Part shown: positions 62,680 to 62,928 of the stretch, one piece after another
Layout of the letters: each line of letters opens with the position of its first letter
Numbering within the stretch: position 1 is the first letter of the stretch
Assembly: GCA_035495215.1 (NCBI GenBank)
Contig: DATJGH010000137.1
Location: forward strand, 1-62,928
Length of the DNA stretch: 62,928 nucleotides
From: Patescibacteria group bacterium
GTDB lineage: Bacteria > Chloroflexota > Limnocylindria > Limnocylindrales > CSP1-4
Reading direction: 5' to 3'
Notes under the pieces: model-generated
The model's input: only the letters and a program-made list of their open reading frames with translations
Told to the model about the DNA's origin: nothing
Database searches by the model: none
Made by a program: the position numbers and the translations under genes

Positions 62680-62928
62680 ATGGACCGCATCGTCATCCTC
62701 GGCGGCGGCGTCGGCGGCACGCTCACCGCGAACCTCCTCGCCCGCCGGCTGCGCGCGCGGATCCGCCGCGGCGAGGTCGACCTGACGCTGGTCGACGCGC
62801 AGGGTGCCCACGTCTACCAGCCCGGGTTCATGTACATCGCCATGGGCGGCGAGCGCGAGGAGCGCCTCGCCCGATCGGAACGGGCGCTGCTCGATGATCC
62901 GGTGAACCTCATCGTCGGCACCGCCGAG
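62680..62928 (+). CDS. FAD-dependent pyridine nucleotide-disulfide oxidoreductase, sulfide:quinone oxidoreductase-like (5' part, truncated by the window end)
   Basis: MDRIVILGGGVGGTLTANLL Rossmann GxGxxG, then HVYQPGFMYIAMG, typical of SQR/NDH-2-type enzymes. Confidence 0.72.
   Translation, partial: MDRIVILGGGVGGTLTANLLARRLRARIRRGEVDLTLVDAQGAHVYQPGFMYIAMGGEREERLARSERALLDDPVNLIVGTAE

Overview
This is a high-GC (roughly 70%) bacterial chromosomal window. Stops are mostly TGA, with frequent ATGA/GTGA/TGATG stop-start overlaps. The style looks like Actinomycetota or Chloroflexota, but the lineage cannot be fixed from this sequence alone. Most long ORFs in the six-frame track are Arg/Pro/Gly-rich antisense artefacts. 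About 60 genes were selected by protein motifs, GC3, ribosome-binding sites and gene junctions.

Gene content by region:
- 1-14.6 kb: signalling and housekeeping. Alpha/beta hydrolase, ACT protein, a Ser/Thr kinase operon with a zinc-ribbon/class III cyclase/AAA ATPase and a separately encoded TPR part, a tandem-HNH protein abutting tRNA-Gly(UCC), a large polytopic membrane protein, a GAF-GGDEF cyclase, FabI and a HAD hydrolase.
- 14.7-27.7 kb: a Tat-secreted decapeptide-repeat protein, an aldehyde dehydrogenase, GabT, a soluble poly-HAMP histidine kinase, and a two-subunit CoA-transferase whose subunit genes are separated by a 72-bp tandem repeat.
- 27.9-58.4 kb: a redox/hypoxia-style island. 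Two USPs, a multicopper oxidase, a GAF-kinase/NarL-regulator pair, a hemerythrin flanked by two paralogous small proteins, a 4-hydroxybutyrate-type CoA-transferase, a cNMP-binding protein, a group 3b [NiFe]-hydrogenase with fused beta-gamma subunits plus protease, and a fragmented pyruvate:ferredoxin oxidoreductase. That PFOR has an in-frame TAG and an intercalated CBS gene. The island continues with phosphoketolase, acetate kinase, flavodoxin-like protein, CBS-BON protein, malic enzyme, CE4 deacetylase and a P-type ATPase.
- 58.5-62.9 kb: hypC, a DMT transporter, a protein with an internal HypC-like domain, then ArsR, DsrE-like, TusA, DsrE-like, TusA and a truncated SQR-like flavoprotein.

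No CRISPR array, transposase, integrase or rRNA was seen.

Most noteworthy:
- the hydrogenase-PFOR coupled gene chain, including the amber codon and the CBS insertion
- the HypC-like fusion protein
- the tandem-HNH gene flush against a tRNA
- the MIRU-like intra-operon repeat
- the paralog pair around the hemerythrin
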